DNA of 61,855 nt from an uncultured Bacteroidota bacterium. Lineage in GTDB: Bacteria; Bacteroidota; Bacteroidia; Bacteroidales; CG2-30-32-10. The notes below the pieces were generated by a model. That model saw only the letters and a list, made by a program, of their open reading frames with translations. It was not told the DNA's origin and made no database searches. The DNA lies in NCBI GenBank assembly GCA_903889915.1, contig CAISZK010000230.1:1-61855 (forward strand), in the 5' to 3' direction. Shown one piece after another: positions 9,431 to 19,689 of this stretch; within the stretch, counting starts at the first letter, position 1; every line of letters begins with the position of its first letter. A program made the translations under genes and the position numbers.

Positions 9431-10321
9431 ATGAGCAAAAAAACCAATATCAATGTCAGTAAAGATAAAATGTTTACTGACCTTCACAGGCTTCTAGAAA
9501 CGCAGAATTTTAAATCGGAAGATGAGTTGAAGAATTTCCTGAACAATATGATGGGCGCTGAAATTCCATCATTCCCGAAAGAAGCATTGAGTATAAAAGA
9601 GCAAGCCCAGGATCTGATCTTTGAAGCTCATGAATCAAGCATTACTGAAGGTCGGAAAAAAGCAGCTGAAGCATTGAAGCTGGATCCTGATTGCATTGAA
9701 GCTTATGAATATTTAGGGACACTGGAAAATGATGTCACAAAAGCGATGTTGCATTTCCAAAAAGGTGTGGATATTGGCAAGAGATTATTTGGTGGCGAAT
9801 TTCGTGAAGAAAACAAGGGAGCTTTTTGGATGATCCACGAAACACGGCCTTATATGCGCTGCCAGCAACATCTGGCTGACTGTTTTTATGGCCTTGGAAA
9901 AATTGAAGAAAGTGTTGCTCTTCTTGAGGAATTGATTGAATTAAACCCAAACGACAACCAGGGTGCAAGAGACCAATTGTTATTATTTTTAATTGTGATG
10001 GGAGAATTTGGTAAGTTTGAAAAATATGCAAAACAATTTGATGATGATGATGCAGCATTTCCTTTATTTAACAAGGCTTTGTTTGCGTTCATTATCGAAG
10101 GAGAAAGTGAAAATGCATTGAAAAAACTTAAAGAAGCAATGAAATCAAACAAATTTGTTGTAAAGAAATTATTGTCGGCAAAATTCGAACTCAACATACC
10201 CGAAACCATTGCATTTGGACAAGAAAGTGAAGCCGACTATTATGTTACTTTTGCCCGTCACGTTTGGGATAATATCAAAGGTGCAAAGCAGTGGTTGAGG
10301 AAAAATGATCAGAGCAAATAA
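9431..10321 (+). CDS. Cytoplasmic helical-repeat (TPR-like) protein, function unknown
   Basis: A 296-aa ORF with good coding character. Helical hairpin segments such as CIEAYEYLGTLEND and LGKIEESVALLEELIELNPNDNQGARD. Confidence 0.6.
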   Translation: MSKKTNINVSKDKMFTDLHRLLETQNFKSEDELKNFLNNMMGAEIPSFPKEALSIKEQAQDLIFEAHESSITEGRKKAAEALKLDPDCIEAYEYLGTLENDVTKAMLHFQKGVDIGKRLFGGEFREENKGAFWMIHETRPYMRCQQHLADCFYGLGKIEESVALLEELIELNPNDNQGARDQLLLFLIVMGEFGKFEKYAKQFDDDDAAFPLFNKALFAFIIEGESENALKKLKEAMKSNKFVVKKLLSAKFELNIPETIAFGQESEADYYVTFARHVWDNIKGAKQWLRKNDQSK

Positions 10322-10367
10322 AGTTAAGACTATTATTATCACCCAACGTTTCAGAATTTTTTTCAGA

Positions 10368-10814
10368 ATGAGAAAAACCAGTATTATTATAGCTTCCCTG
10401 TTCTTTGCAGTGATTGCGATCTCTGCAAATAGATTTAATGTTTCTGATAATTTATCACACAATAGTGATCGTGCTGTCTCAAAAGACACCATTGATGTAT
10501 ATGGTTCCATCATAAAAAAGCATTTTGTGAACGCCGCGGGCAGGGAGTCGGAAAGCTTTGATTATTTTTTAGAAATTTCAGATACTGCAATAATAAAAGT
10601 TTCGTATTTCATAAAATTCAGCGAAAGCAAGATCACCAAAAAGTTTATTGATGATTATCTGAAAAAGGATTTTGTAGTGAAAAGCCCTGGTCATTTGTTA
10701 TATCTCAGGGTTGTTTTAAGAAATGGTTTGTGGGATACCGATGATCCTAATGTCGAAAGTCGTATTGGACCCTACATTGCCATCATCGAAGTATTCGGAT
10801 GCAATGGCAAATAA
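10368..10814 (+). CDS. Hypothetical secreted protein
   Basis: ORF 10305-10814. The internal ATG at 10368 gives MRKTSIIIASLFFAVIAISA, a signal peptide. No family was recognised. Confidence 0.5.
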   Translation: MRKTSIIIASLFFAVIAISANRFNVSDNLSHNSDRAVSKDTIDVYGSIIKKHFVNAAGRESESFDYFLEISDTAIIKVSYFIKFSESKITKKFIDDYLKKDFVVKSPGHLLYLRVVLRNGLWDTDDPNVESRIGPYIAIIEVFGCNGK

Positions 10815-10850
10815 AATCATTTGCATTCACCTTACTTCTCCACTAATTTT

Positions 10851-11633
10851 TTATTTTTCTTCGAAGTCAATCCTAACAGAGTCCTTCATCTTTAAGCCAA
10901 GCAGGCTGCTGGCATTGCCAAGACAGATGGCGATTTCTAGATGACCGGATGTGCCAAAGAGTGCAAGTTTTTCGCCGGGATCCACATCTTTATAGGCTTT
11001 GCTGATCGTGCTGATCTCATAACCACTGCGGAATGATATGGTGTATTTTTTCCCTTTGCCAATTTCACGAAACAGATCTTCGGTTATATTGGTGATCACA
11101 TTTTCGTAGGCGTCAATATAAATAACATTTCCCTTAATGGCGTTGACTTCAATCACCGGTCGCAACGAAAGTCTTTCAAATAATTTGTCTTTCACCACAC
11201 CCATTTGCTCGGGTTTGTCACCTCTTGCGATAAGGAATGCAGCTTTTACAAACACATCGCGGGTTGAAAATGTGAAGTAATCGGTATCCTGTGTAATTGT
11301 CAATTCAATGATCTTTTCAGGCTTGTCAGTGAAAATAAGAGGGAAAATACCATTGTCTGCACCAATAAAATAATGACCATCATAGAGTGCAACGATATGT
11401 GGATTTTCAATGGATGCTTCTGTGTTGATGCCGATGATGTGAATTGTTCCTTTTGGAAAATTATGATAGCAATTGCGGATAACGAACGAGGCCGGCTCGA
11501 TATCATAAGGAGGTATCTCGTGGGTGATGTCCACAATTGTTGCGTCAGGCATCAGCGTCAGCAAGGCGCCTTTCACTGCGCCAGTGTAATGATCCTTAAG
11601 CCCCCAGTCACTTGTTATCGTAATAATTGCCAT
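10851..11633 (-). CDS. SAM hydroxide adenosyltransferase (DUF62; fluorinase/chlorinase-like fold)
   Basis: MAIITITSDWGLKDHYTGAVKGALL...DITHEIPPYDI is the characteristic N-terminus of this family. Confidence 0.75.
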   Translation of the reverse strand: MAIITITSDWGLKDHYTGAVKGALLTLMPDATIVDITHEIPPYDIEPASFVIRNCYHNFPKGTIHIIGINTEASIENPHIVALYDGHYFIGADNGIFPLIFTDKPEKIIELTITQDTDYFTFSTRDVFVKAAFLIARGDKPEQMGVVKDKLFERLSLRPVIEVNAIKGNVIYIDAYENVITNITEDLFREIGKGKKYTISFRSGYEISTISKAYKDVDPGEKLALFGTSGHLEIAICLGNASSLLGLKMKDSVRIDFEEK

Positions 11634-11919
11634 TATTGTCTTTTAAGCAATTAAAAATTTGGAAAATGTTCTTAATTTTGTGCGTTCAAAAGTAGTAATT
11701 TTACTATTATAAGAAGACGAAAAAATAATTCCTGTTTTTTGGTTGACATTGAAGGTTTACTGAATAAGGTAAAAGGTAAGAGGAAATAACAGCAATACAT
11801 TATTCCATGTTGCTAATTCACTATCCTGATTTTTCAAGGTTGTGTGATTTAGTTCTACTTAAAAATTATTTTGAACAGAAGTTTAATACTTAATAAAAAG
11901 ATAGCCGGCACACCATAAT

Positions 11920-12867
11920 ATGAAAGAAAAAGTTTTTGCACTTGAGATGATAGACCCCGTTGAGATATTCGGAGTGAATGAGAGTAATCTCGAGTTGATG
12001 AGGAAATTTTATCCCAAGCTAAAACTTATTTCCAGGGGTGACATTGTCAAAGCTATTGGTGATTCGACAGATCTTAATCAGTTTGAAGAACGCTTTGAAA
12101 TTCTGCTGAAGCATTACGAAAAGTTTGGAAGGGTAGAGGAAAAAGATGTGGAGTATATCATGGATCCTCATCAGACCTATAATGGACAGGTTGCTGAAAA
12201 AGATGTTCTCGTTCATGGAAAAAATGGAGTTCCAATAAAAGCAAGAACTGTCAACCAACAATTGATGGTGGAAAGTTATGACAAAAATGATATGATCTTT
12301 GCCATAGGTCCTGCCGGAACCGGAAAGACCTACACTGCGGTTGCTCTTGCAGTGCGTGCTTTAAAAAATAAAGAGGTTCGCCGTATCATCCTTACAAGAC
12401 CTGCTGTGGAAGCAGGAGAGAATCTTGGTTTTCTTCCGGGTGATTTGAAGGATAAACTTGATCCGTATTTACAACCGCTTTATGATGCTCTTCGCGACAT
12501 GATACCTTCGCAAAAGCTATACTCTTTTATGGAAGACGGGACAATTGAAGTTGCTCCGCTTGCCTTTATGAGAGGCCGTACGCTCGAAAATGCTTTTGCA
12601 ATTCTTGACGAAGCGCAGAATGCCACCAAACCACAAATGAAAATGTTTCTTACCCGAATGGGAAAGAATTCAAAGTTTATAATAACAGGTGATGTTACAC
12701 AGATTGACTTGCCCCGCAACCAATCATCAGGACTCATACATTCAATGCAACTGTTGAAAAATGTGCAGGGAATAGATTTTATTATGCTTGATGAACGTGA
12801 TATTGTGCGCCACCGCCTCGTAAATAAAATTGTTCAGGCTTACGAAAAAGATAGCGAGAACAAGTAA
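11920..12867 (+). CDS. phoH: PhoH-family ATPase
   Basis: Walker [17 protein letters not shown], and [11 protein letters not shown]. Confidence 0.9.
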   Translation: MKEKVFALEMIDPVEIFGVNESNLELMRKFYPKLKLISRGDIVKAIGDSTDLNQFEERFEILLKHYEKFGRVEEKDVEYIMDPHQTYNGQVAEKDVLVHGKNGVPIKARTVNQQLMVESYDKNDMIFAIGPAGTGKTYTAVALAVRALKNKEVRRIILTRPAVEAGENLGFLPGDLKDKLDPYLQPLYDALRDMIPSQKLYSFMEDGTIEVAPLAFMRGRTLENAFAILDEAQNATKPQMKMFLTRMGKNSKFIITGDVTQIDLPRNQSSGLIHSMQLLKNVQGIDFIMLDERDIVRHRLVNKIVQAYEKDSENK

Positions 12868-12901
12868 CCAGAAAAAGAACCAATGATTAATGTAAAAGAA
12901 T

Positions 12902-13852
12902 ATGAAAAACGCTATTGTTGAAACCAATTTTAATTTTCCGGGTCAAACCAGTTTTTACAAGGGAAAAGTTCGTGATGTTTATACAGTCAATAATGATAAG
13001 CTCATTATGGTTGTGACCGACAGAATTTCGGCTTTTGATGTGGTACTACCAAAAGGAATTCCATTCAAAGGACAAGTACTAAATCAGATCGCAGCCAAAT
13101 TTCTTGATGCAACTGCAGATATTGTTCCCAACTGGAAACTATCTACTCCTGATCCAATGGTGACAGTAGGTCTCAAATGTGAGCCATACCCGATCGAAAT
13201 GATCGTGAGGGGATACCTGACAGGAAGTTCCTGGCGTGAATATAAAAAAGGTGCAAGGCAGATTTGTGGTGTTCCTTTGCCGGAAGGAATGAAAGAACAT
13301 CAGAGATTTCCTGAACCTATTCTGACACCGACTACCAAAGCAGAACAAGGCAGACATGACGAAAATATTTCGAGAGATGAGATCATCAATGAGGGATTGA
13401 TCGCTGCTGATGATTATGCTAAACTTGAGAAATACTCACTCGAACTTTTTAAAAGAGGCAGCGAGATCGCTAATAAAATGGGGCTAATCCTGGTTGATAC
13501 AAAATATGAGTTCGGAAAAAAAGACGGAGTGATCTATCTTATTGATGAAATTCATACTCCTGATTCTTCTCGGTATTTTTACCTTGAAGGCTATGAAGAA
13601 CGGCAGGCTAAGGGCGAAGCTCAAAAACAATTATCAAAAGAATTCGTCCGCGAATGGTTGATGGCAAACGGATTTCAGGGAGAGAAAGGACAAGCAGTTC
13701 CTGAGCTTACGAATGAAATTGTAAACCAGATTTCAGAAAGATATATCGAACTGTGCGAAAGTATCACAGGCGAAAAGTTTAAGAAATGGGATGCTGATGA
13801 TGTGCTCAAAAGAGTAGAATCCAATATTCAGGAATTTCTTCATAAAAAATAA
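12902..13852 (+). CDS. purC: Phosphoribosylaminoimidazole-succinocarboxamide (SAICAR) synthase
   Basis: [29 protein letters not shown]. Confidence 0.9.
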   Translation: MKNAIVETNFNFPGQTSFYKGKVRDVYTVNNDKLIMVVTDRISAFDVVLPKGIPFKGQVLNQIAAKFLDATADIVPNWKLSTPDPMVTVGLKCEPYPIEMIVRGYLTGSSWREYKKGARQICGVPLPEGMKEHQRFPEPILTPTTKAEQGRHDENISRDEIINEGLIAADDYAKLEKYSLELFKRGSEIANKMGLILVDTKYEFGKKDGVIYLIDEIHTPDSSRYFYLEGYEERQAKGEAQKQLSKEFVREWLMANGFQGEKGQAVPELTNEIVNQISERYIELCESITGEKFKKWDADDVLKRVESNIQEFLHKK

Positions 13853-13891
13853 CAACTCACTCCCATTAATTCTCAATAAGTATTAATGATC

Positions 13892-13933
13892 AATGACTAT
13901 TGACCATTGACCATTGACCATTGACTAATGACT
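13892..13933. repeat. Six tandem heptamers (AATGACT, ATTGACC x3, ATTGACT, AATGACT)
   Basis: Read directly from the sequence. They end 9 bp before ATG 13942. Confidence 0.9.
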
Positions 13934-13941
13934 ATAAAAAA

Positions 13942-15156
13942 ATGATTCCATTTTCTCCGCCACGAATAGACCAGAAAATAATAGATGAAGTTACTGCTGC
14001 CCTTAAATCGGGGTGGATAACTACAGGACCACGTACGAAATTATTTGAGAACAAACTCAAGGAATATGCTGATGTTCCTGCTGTGCTTTGTACAAGTTCT
14101 GCTACTGCAGGGCTTGAGCTTATGCTTAGATGGTATGGTGTTAAGGAAGGAGATGAAGTGATCGTTCCTGCATACACCTACTGTGCTACAGCCAACGTTA
14201 TTCTTCATTGCGGTGCAACACCTGTATTTATTGACTCAGGGGAAGATTTTAATATTTCTGTTAAAGAAATTGAAAAAGCAATCACAGAAAAAACAAAAGT
14301 TATCATCCCTGTTGACCTCGCTGGTTTTCCTTGTTGTTATGATTACATCAAAGAATTGGTGAACAGAAAAAATATTGTTGACAAGTTTGTTCCTGCTACA
14401 ATTGAGCAAAAAAAACTTGGAAGAATAATGGTGTTGTCTGATGCTGCACATTCACTCGGGGGTGTTTATAAAGGGAAGAAAGTGGGTTCTCTTGCTGATA
14501 TCACTGTTTACTCATTTCATGCTGTGAAAAATCTTACAACGGCAGAAGGTGGTGCAGTCTGTCTGAACCTGCCCGAACCTTTTAATAATACTGAGTTGTA
14601 CAAAAAACTCTGCATAATTTCTCTTCACGGTCAAAGCAAGGACGCTCTGTCCAAGCTTGAAATCGGAAACTGGAAATACGATGTGAAAGAGGTGGGTTAT
14701 AAATACAACATGACCGACATTCAGGCGGCGATGGGGCTTGCCGAAATTGAAAGGTATGATGATGATATGCTGGTAAAACGCAAACAAATCTTTGATAAAT
14801 ACAGTGAGATGCTGGGAAAACATACTTGGGCACAGCTTCCTGAGTATGAAATCAAGAATAAAACATCTTCTTATCACGCATTTCTTTTAAGAATAAAAAA
14901 CATCAATGAAGACCAACGTGATGAAATTATTTCAAAAATATTTGCACAGGAAGTCTCGGTCAATGTGCATTTCATTCCTCTTCCAATGCTGAGTCTGTAT
15001 AAGGGAATGGGTTTTGATATTAAAAATTACCCGGTTGCTTACGATAATTTTTCACGTGAGATATCCTTGCCGGTTTATTATGATCTGACAGATGCCATGG
15101 TTGAAACTGTTGCAAATGCTGTGATCAGCGCTGTTGAAAAAGTTTTAAGTACATAA
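13942..15156 (+). CDS. DegT/DnrJ/EryC1/StrS-family PLP-dependent sugar aminotransferase
   Basis: ORF 13921 starts on a TTG inside the heptamer repeat. ATG 13942 gives MIPFSPPRI, the usual N-terminus. PLP-lysine context SFHAVKNLTTAEGG. Confidence 0.85.
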   Translation: MIPFSPPRIDQKIIDEVTAALKSGWITTGPRTKLFENKLKEYADVPAVLCTSSATAGLELMLRWYGVKEGDEVIVPAYTYCATANVILHCGATPVFIDSGEDFNISVKEIEKAITEKTKVIIPVDLAGFPCCYDYIKELVNRKNIVDKFVPATIEQKKLGRIMVLSDAAHSLGGVYKGKKVGSLADITVYSFHAVKNLTTAEGGAVCLNLPEPFNNTELYKKLCIISLHGQSKDALSKLEIGNWKYDVKEVGYKYNMTDIQAAMGLAEIERYDDDMLVKRKQIFDKYSEMLGKHTWAQLPEYEIKNKTSSYHAFLLRIKNINEDQRDEIISKIFAQEVSVNVHFIPLPMLSLYKGMGFDIKNYPVAYDNFSREISLPVYYDLTDAMVETVANAVISAVEKVLST

Positions 15157-15208
15157 TCTAACCGAAGAATAATTACCAGATCAGGGAAATAGTTACTCAA
15201 TTTGATTC

Positions 15209-15802
15209 ATGCTGAAACGTGCATTCGATATATTTTTTTCCTTCATCGGACTGATTATTCTAAGTCCTTTTTTGATCATCATTTCCATCATTATTATTAT
15301 TGATACAAAAGGCGGAGCTTTTTATCTGCAGCAGCGTGTAGGACGAAATAACAAAGATTTTTCTCTTTTTAAATTCCGGACCATGCAGGTAAATGCTGAG
15401 AAAAAGGGATTACTGACAATAGGAGGCAGGGATGCCCGTATTACCTGGAGTGGTTATTTTCTCAGAAAATATAAATTGGATGAACTCCCCCAATTACTCA
15501 ATGTGTTATTCGGCACTATGAGTTTTATTGGTCCGCGTCCAGAGGTCAGGAAGTATGTAGAATTATATAATGACGAACAAAAAAAAGTACTGACAGTCAG
15601 ACCGGGGATCACCGATGTGGCTTCAATAGCATATTTCAACGAGAATGAAATATTGGGGAAAGCCGCAAACCCAGAGCAGACCTATATTGATGAAGTCATG
15701 CCGGCAAAACTTAAACTGAACCTTGAGTATATTGCACAACGCAGTTTTACAAAAGACATCGGCATTATTTTTCGGACTCTGTCCAGAATGTTGAAAAAAT
15801 AA
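15209..15802 (+). CDS. Undecaprenyl-phosphate sugar phosphotransferase (small bacterial sugar transferase, PglC/WbaP C-terminal type)
   Basis: KRAFDIFFSFIGLIILSPF, FKFRTM, DELPQLLNVLFGTMSFIGPRP. Confidence 0.85.
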   Translation: MLKRAFDIFFSFIGLIILSPFLIIISIIIIIDTKGGAFYLQQRVGRNNKDFSLFKFRTMQVNAEKKGLLTIGGRDARITWSGYFLRKYKLDELPQLLNVLFGTMSFIGPRPEVRKYVELYNDEQKKVLTVRPGITDVASIAYFNENEILGKAANPEQTYIDEVMPAKLKLNLEYIAQRSFTKDIGIIFRTLSRMLKK

Positions 15803-15835
15803 AGTGGTTAATGTCTTTCGGCCATTAACCACTTT
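15801..15835. terminator. 13-bp hairpin between convergent genes (terminator-like, weak U-tract)
   Basis: AAAGTGGTTAATG-tctttcggc-CATTAACCACTTT. Confidence 0.45.
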
Positions 15836-15849
15836 ACACAAATCACAAA

Positions 15850-17487
15850 CTATTTCTTCTTGTTCTTTACCATCTTTTCTGCAGTTTTCAGAGCCTTTAC
15901 AGCATCAAGACTGCCACCGGAGGAGCATAAAGTAGAAAAGGTGGTTGTTATGGAAGCGCCGGTTTTTGAAGGTCTCAGCACTTTTAATTTGGCATGTGAA
16001 TCAGTTGAGTTTATCAATACCATTTTTAATTCTTTGGCTGTTAATTCCGGGTAATAAGACCAAACAAGAGCTGCGACACCTGTAGTTATTGGACATGAGA
16101 AACTAGTCCCGTTAGCTTTGGTGTATTTGTTTTCCGGTAACAGCGAAATGATGTTCATTCCCGGAGCGAAGAAATCTACGCTTTGCCCGTAATTTGAAAA
16201 GAATGCCGGGTATTTATCATCCACAGTATAGTTGGATGCGCCAATATTGATGAAATCTCCTGCAACAGTTCCATCATTCAGCACCTTTGTCGGGTAGTGT
16301 TCTATCGAATCATTGTTCTGCCCGTCATTGCCTGCTGCATGAACCAAAAGAACATTATGAGCGTCGGCATATTTTATTGCATCATCAACAAAAGCTTTCT
16401 GCGGCGAGAAGGCTTTTCCGAAACTCATATTAATAATGTTGGCGCCATTGTCCACTGCATAGCGGATTGCAAGTGCAACATCTTTGTCGCGTTCATCGCC
16501 ATCCGGGACAACCCGCAATGCCATAATTGCGACATCTTCAGCGATGCCGTTTATTCCAATTCCATTGTTCCTGTTTGCAGCTATCAATCCTGAACAAAGT
16601 GTGCCATGGCCTGCCGAAGGTCCTTTCACATTATTATTGCCGTACTTTACATCTTTGATATTTTCAGGATCATCTCCAATAACAGCGCGGGGATTGAAAT
16701 CCAGATTCAGATATTTGTCAAGGTAAAGGTCAACGCTTTCTTTGTATGCTTTGAGAGATGCACGCGAAATTCCTTTTTTTGATAAGCTCAGAAATGACTC
16801 TTTTGCTTTTGAAATATTTTCATCTGTTGAGGTGATCTTTTCAACATCTGCCTGTTTGATGGTATCCTTTTTCAAATAAGCTTTAAGCGTGGTTTCTGCA
16901 CTATCAAGTTTGTTCTGATACCTGGTGAGTTTCTTTTTCTGATCCTGGTAAAGTTTTAATTCCTCATTGTATTTGTTCTTTGCTTTGATGTACATTTCAT
17001 ATTCCACCAACTGCGAAGGTGTCAGCACATCTTTTGAGTGAATGTTTTTGTACAAAGGATCATATTTTTTCATAACCCTTGTGTATTCGAAATTTTCAGC
17101 ATTTACATTTTCACCTTTGGCATTGCCTATGAAATTCCACCCGTAAACATCATCAACATAACCGTTGTTATCATCGTCAATACCGTTACCGGGAATCTCT
17201 TTGGTATTCTTCCATATCTTTCCTTTCAGATCAACGTGTGCAGTGTCAACGCCACCGTCAATAACGGCAACAATTATTTTCTTTTTTGGAGTTTTACCTT
17301 TCAGGATAGTATTGTATGCTTTTTCAACTGAAACCCCTGCAACCTTGTCGGTTTTCCAGTCGAGATTTTGCCAGTTTAAATACTTTTTATTAAGCGAATC
17401 AACTGTTGAAACGCTCTGAGCCTTCATGCTGCCAAACGACAGGAATGCAATGATGATTGAAAGAAAATAAATTCGTAAAGTTTTCAT
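15850..17487 (-). CDS. S8-family (subtilisin-like) serine peptidase, secreted
   Basis: Catalytic contexts VAVIDGGVD, GHGT and GTSFSCP, with a signal peptide. Confidence 0.9.
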   Translation of the reverse strand: MKTLRIYFLSIIIAFLSFGSMKAQSVSTVDSLNKKYLNWQNLDWKTDKVAGVSVEKAYNTILKGKTPKKKIIVAVIDGGVDTAHVDLKGKIWKNTKEIPGNGIDDDNNGYVDDVYGWNFIGNAKGENVNAENFEYTRVMKKYDPLYKNIHSKDVLTPSQLVEYEMYIKAKNKYNEELKLYQDQKKKLTRYQNKLDSAETTLKAYLKKDTIKQADVEKITSTDENISKAKESFLSLSKKGISRASLKAYKESVDLYLDKYLNLDFNPRAVIGDDPENIKDVKYGNNNVKGPSAGHGTLCSGLIAANRNNGIGINGIAEDVAIMALRVVPDGDERDKDVALAIRYAVDNGANIINMSFGKAFSPQKAFVDDAIKYADAHNVLLVHAAGNDGQNNDSIEHYPTKVLNDGTVAGDFINIGASNYTVDDKYPAFFSNYGQSVDFFAPGMNIISLLPENKYTKANGTSFSCPITTGVAALVWSYYPELTAKELKMVLINSTDSHAKLKVLRPSKTGASITTTFSTLCSSGGSLDAVKALKTAEKMVKNKKK

Positions 17488-18047
17488 TAATTGTTTTTTA
17501 TTTGTTTGCGTATTAAGTTCATTGATTTTTCGGAGCTCTCATAAATCCAAAGTTCAAATGAGAAGCATTTAATTCCAGTGTAAACCGGCTTTGTCTGGCT
17601 TTTACACAAGATGGATTGATCAGAAGAATTTTGATAGGTTTGTGTGTGCTTTGTTTTAATTTGTTTCGGTTTAAATTCTGCATGTTTTGGACACTCTTAA
17701 AGAGTAAATAAATGCGTGGCGAAATTATAATTTATTTTAATCCTGAAGGCCTGTTGTTGATAAAACGTTTGTAAAAAAAAAATCTGGAAAAAATGACGTT
17801 GATTTTAACGGGTATAATGTGTTCTGAACTAGTTTTCGGATTTAATTTTCTCCTTTTTCTTTTTTTGAGAAGTTGGTTTGGCTTTTTACCAAAAATCAAA
17901 TCAGGGATAACTTTGCGAATAAAAACTGCCATAAATATAAGGTCTTTTGCATACTGCTAAACGGTTTTAAAAGGCCTTATTCGATCTTGTTAACAATGCA
18001 ATGTTACTAAAATCTAAAAAAAAAATTTTTACTGTGTTGGAATTTTC

Positions 18048-18055
18048 TACTTTTG
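18048..18055 (+). promoter_or_regulatory. -7 box TACTTTTG, 48 bp upstream of ATG 18103
   Basis: Exact TAnnTTTG match. Confidence 0.4.
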
Positions 18056-18102
18056 CCTGACTTAAAATTCAAATCCTAATTAATAATTAAAATCATAAAA
18101 CT

Positions 18103-18681
18103 ATGAAAAAAGTAAAAATTTCAATCTTAATGGTACTAGCTGTAGTACTGATTCTACCGGCATGTAAAAAAGGAGCCGACGATCCTTTTCTTTCTCTGAA
18201 ATCAAGAAAAGCCAGAATATCGGGCGTTTGGACACTTTCATCAGGAACAAGAACTGAAACACAGGGCGGATCAACTTACACTGCAACTTATGATGGAAGT
18301 CTGGTTCACGTTACATACTCAGGTCTTTCACAAAGTCAAACTTACACTGAAAAAATAACTGTAAATAAAGATGGTTCATTTGAAGATGTGACCAACGACG
18401 ATGGTACACTTTCAGATGTTAAAGGCAGTTGGTATTTTGGCAGAAAAGATAAAACTTTGGATTTGAAAAATAAGGAAAGTGTTGTCTTTATCGAAACATC
18501 TGTTGTTACAACTCAGGGTAGCTCTACCACCACCCAAACTTATACAGGAGCAGCTTGCCCAAGCTATACTGCAATACTTGATGAGTTGAAGAGCAAAGAA
18601 ATGAAAATTAAACTTGACGGTTCTGACACTGGTACCTCAACAACCACTGATACCGGTATGATGACTTACACCAAGAATTAA
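18103..18681 (+). CDS. Hypothetical lipoprotein (Thr/Ser-rich beta protein)
   Basis: Lipobox LILPACKKG. No family was recognised. Confidence 0.65.
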   Translation: MKKVKISILMVLAVVLILPACKKGADDPFLSLKSRKARISGVWTLSSGTRTETQGGSTYTATYDGSLVHVTYSGLSQSQTYTEKITVNKDGSFEDVTNDDGTLSDVKGSWYFGRKDKTLDLKNKESVVFIETSVVTTQGSSTTTQTYTGAACPSYTAILDELKSKEMKIKLDGSDTGTSTTTDTGMMTYTKN

Positions 18682-18701
18682 TATTCTTTTGAATAACATA
18701 A

Positions 18702-18735
18702 AAATCTCTTCCTTGCCGGGAAGAGATTTTTTTTT
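18702..18735 (+). terminator. Intrinsic terminator
   Basis: AAATCTCTTCC-ttgccg-GGAAGAGATTT followed by a T-run. Confidence 0.7.
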
Positions 18736-18793
18736 GCATTCATTGCACTGAACAGGGAGCTTGTAAAAAGCCAGACTTTTATATTTTTGCAGC

Positions 18794-19618
18794 ATGCTTA
18801 AAAAAATAAATTCGATACTCAGACATACTTATGAAGATGTTGAAGCGGGTGCAGCTTTGTACAAACAATCATGCGGTAACAAATTAGACAAACGGGTGAT
18901 CATTGTTGCAATCATTTCTGCCATTTCGCTTGTTTTTATTGAGTATGTTGGGAAAGATCCCGGATATAGAATGCTTGTTGATTTCTCAAACAGCATTGGC
19001 CTTACCGGTTTTTCAACTTTTCTTATTCACAATCTCGAACAATCAGCCAACAGTCAGTTGAACCGGCTTGCATTCTGGATAGCCATTATTCTCATTTTTT
19101 ATCTTGCTGTTCCCATCATTACTATAAAGCTTGTCTTTCATGAAAAATTAAGTGACTATGGTTTTAGAATAGGAAATGTAAAGAAAGATTATGGGATATA
19201 TCTTGTGATGATGATCATCATGCTGCCCCTTGTTTACCTGATGTCGCGCACGAATTCTTTCCAGGAGAGGTATCCTTTCTATAATTTGCGGACAGGCGAA
19301 AGTCTCTATCCCAATTTCTGGATGTGGGAAGCCTTGTATTTCCTGCAGTTCATTGGTGTCGAATTTTTCTTTCGTGGTTTTATGCTGCATGGAACGAAAA
19401 GACAGCTCGGGTTTTATTCTGTGCTTTTCATGGTTGTTCCTTATTGTATGATCCATTTTGGGAAGCCCATGCCCGAAACATTTGCAGCAATTATCGCCGG
19501 TCTTGCGCTTGGCACACTTAGCCTTAAAAGCAAATCTATTGTTCCCGGCATTTTGATCCATTACAGTGTTGCCATTGCAATGGATTTTGCCGCCCTTTAC
19601 CAGAAAGGATATTTTTAA
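18794..19618 (+). CDS. CPBP-family intramembrane metalloprotease (CAAX protease-like)
   Basis: A multi-pass membrane protein with GVEFFFRGFMLH (EExxxR-type motif) and a late HYSVAIAMD motif. Confidence 0.75.
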   Translation: MLKKINSILRHTYEDVEAGAALYKQSCGNKLDKRVIIVAIISAISLVFIEYVGKDPGYRMLVDFSNSIGLTGFSTFLIHNLEQSANSQLNRLAFWIAIILIFYLAVPIITIKLVFHEKLSDYGFRIGNVKKDYGIYLVMMIIMLPLVYLMSRTNSFQERYPFYNLRTGESLYPNFWMWEALYFLQFIGVEFFFRGFMLHGTKRQLGFYSVLFMVVPYCMIHFGKPMPETFAAIIAGLALGTLSLKSKSIVPGILIHYSVAIAMDFAALYQKGYF

Positions 19619-19689
19619 TAAAATTTTCAATCAAATTGTTCTCCTAAAAGATGAATTTTGATCAGGTTTTTGATTTTAGATCCATTTTT

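Noticed and set aside
17732-17932. A 66-aa basic ORF in the 615-bp S8-peptidase / lipoprotein intergenic region
   Set aside because: It lies in AT-rich sequence with homopolymer runs, has no recognisable domain, and its composition looks non-coding. I also looked there for RNase P, tmRNA, SRP or 6S signatures and saw none.
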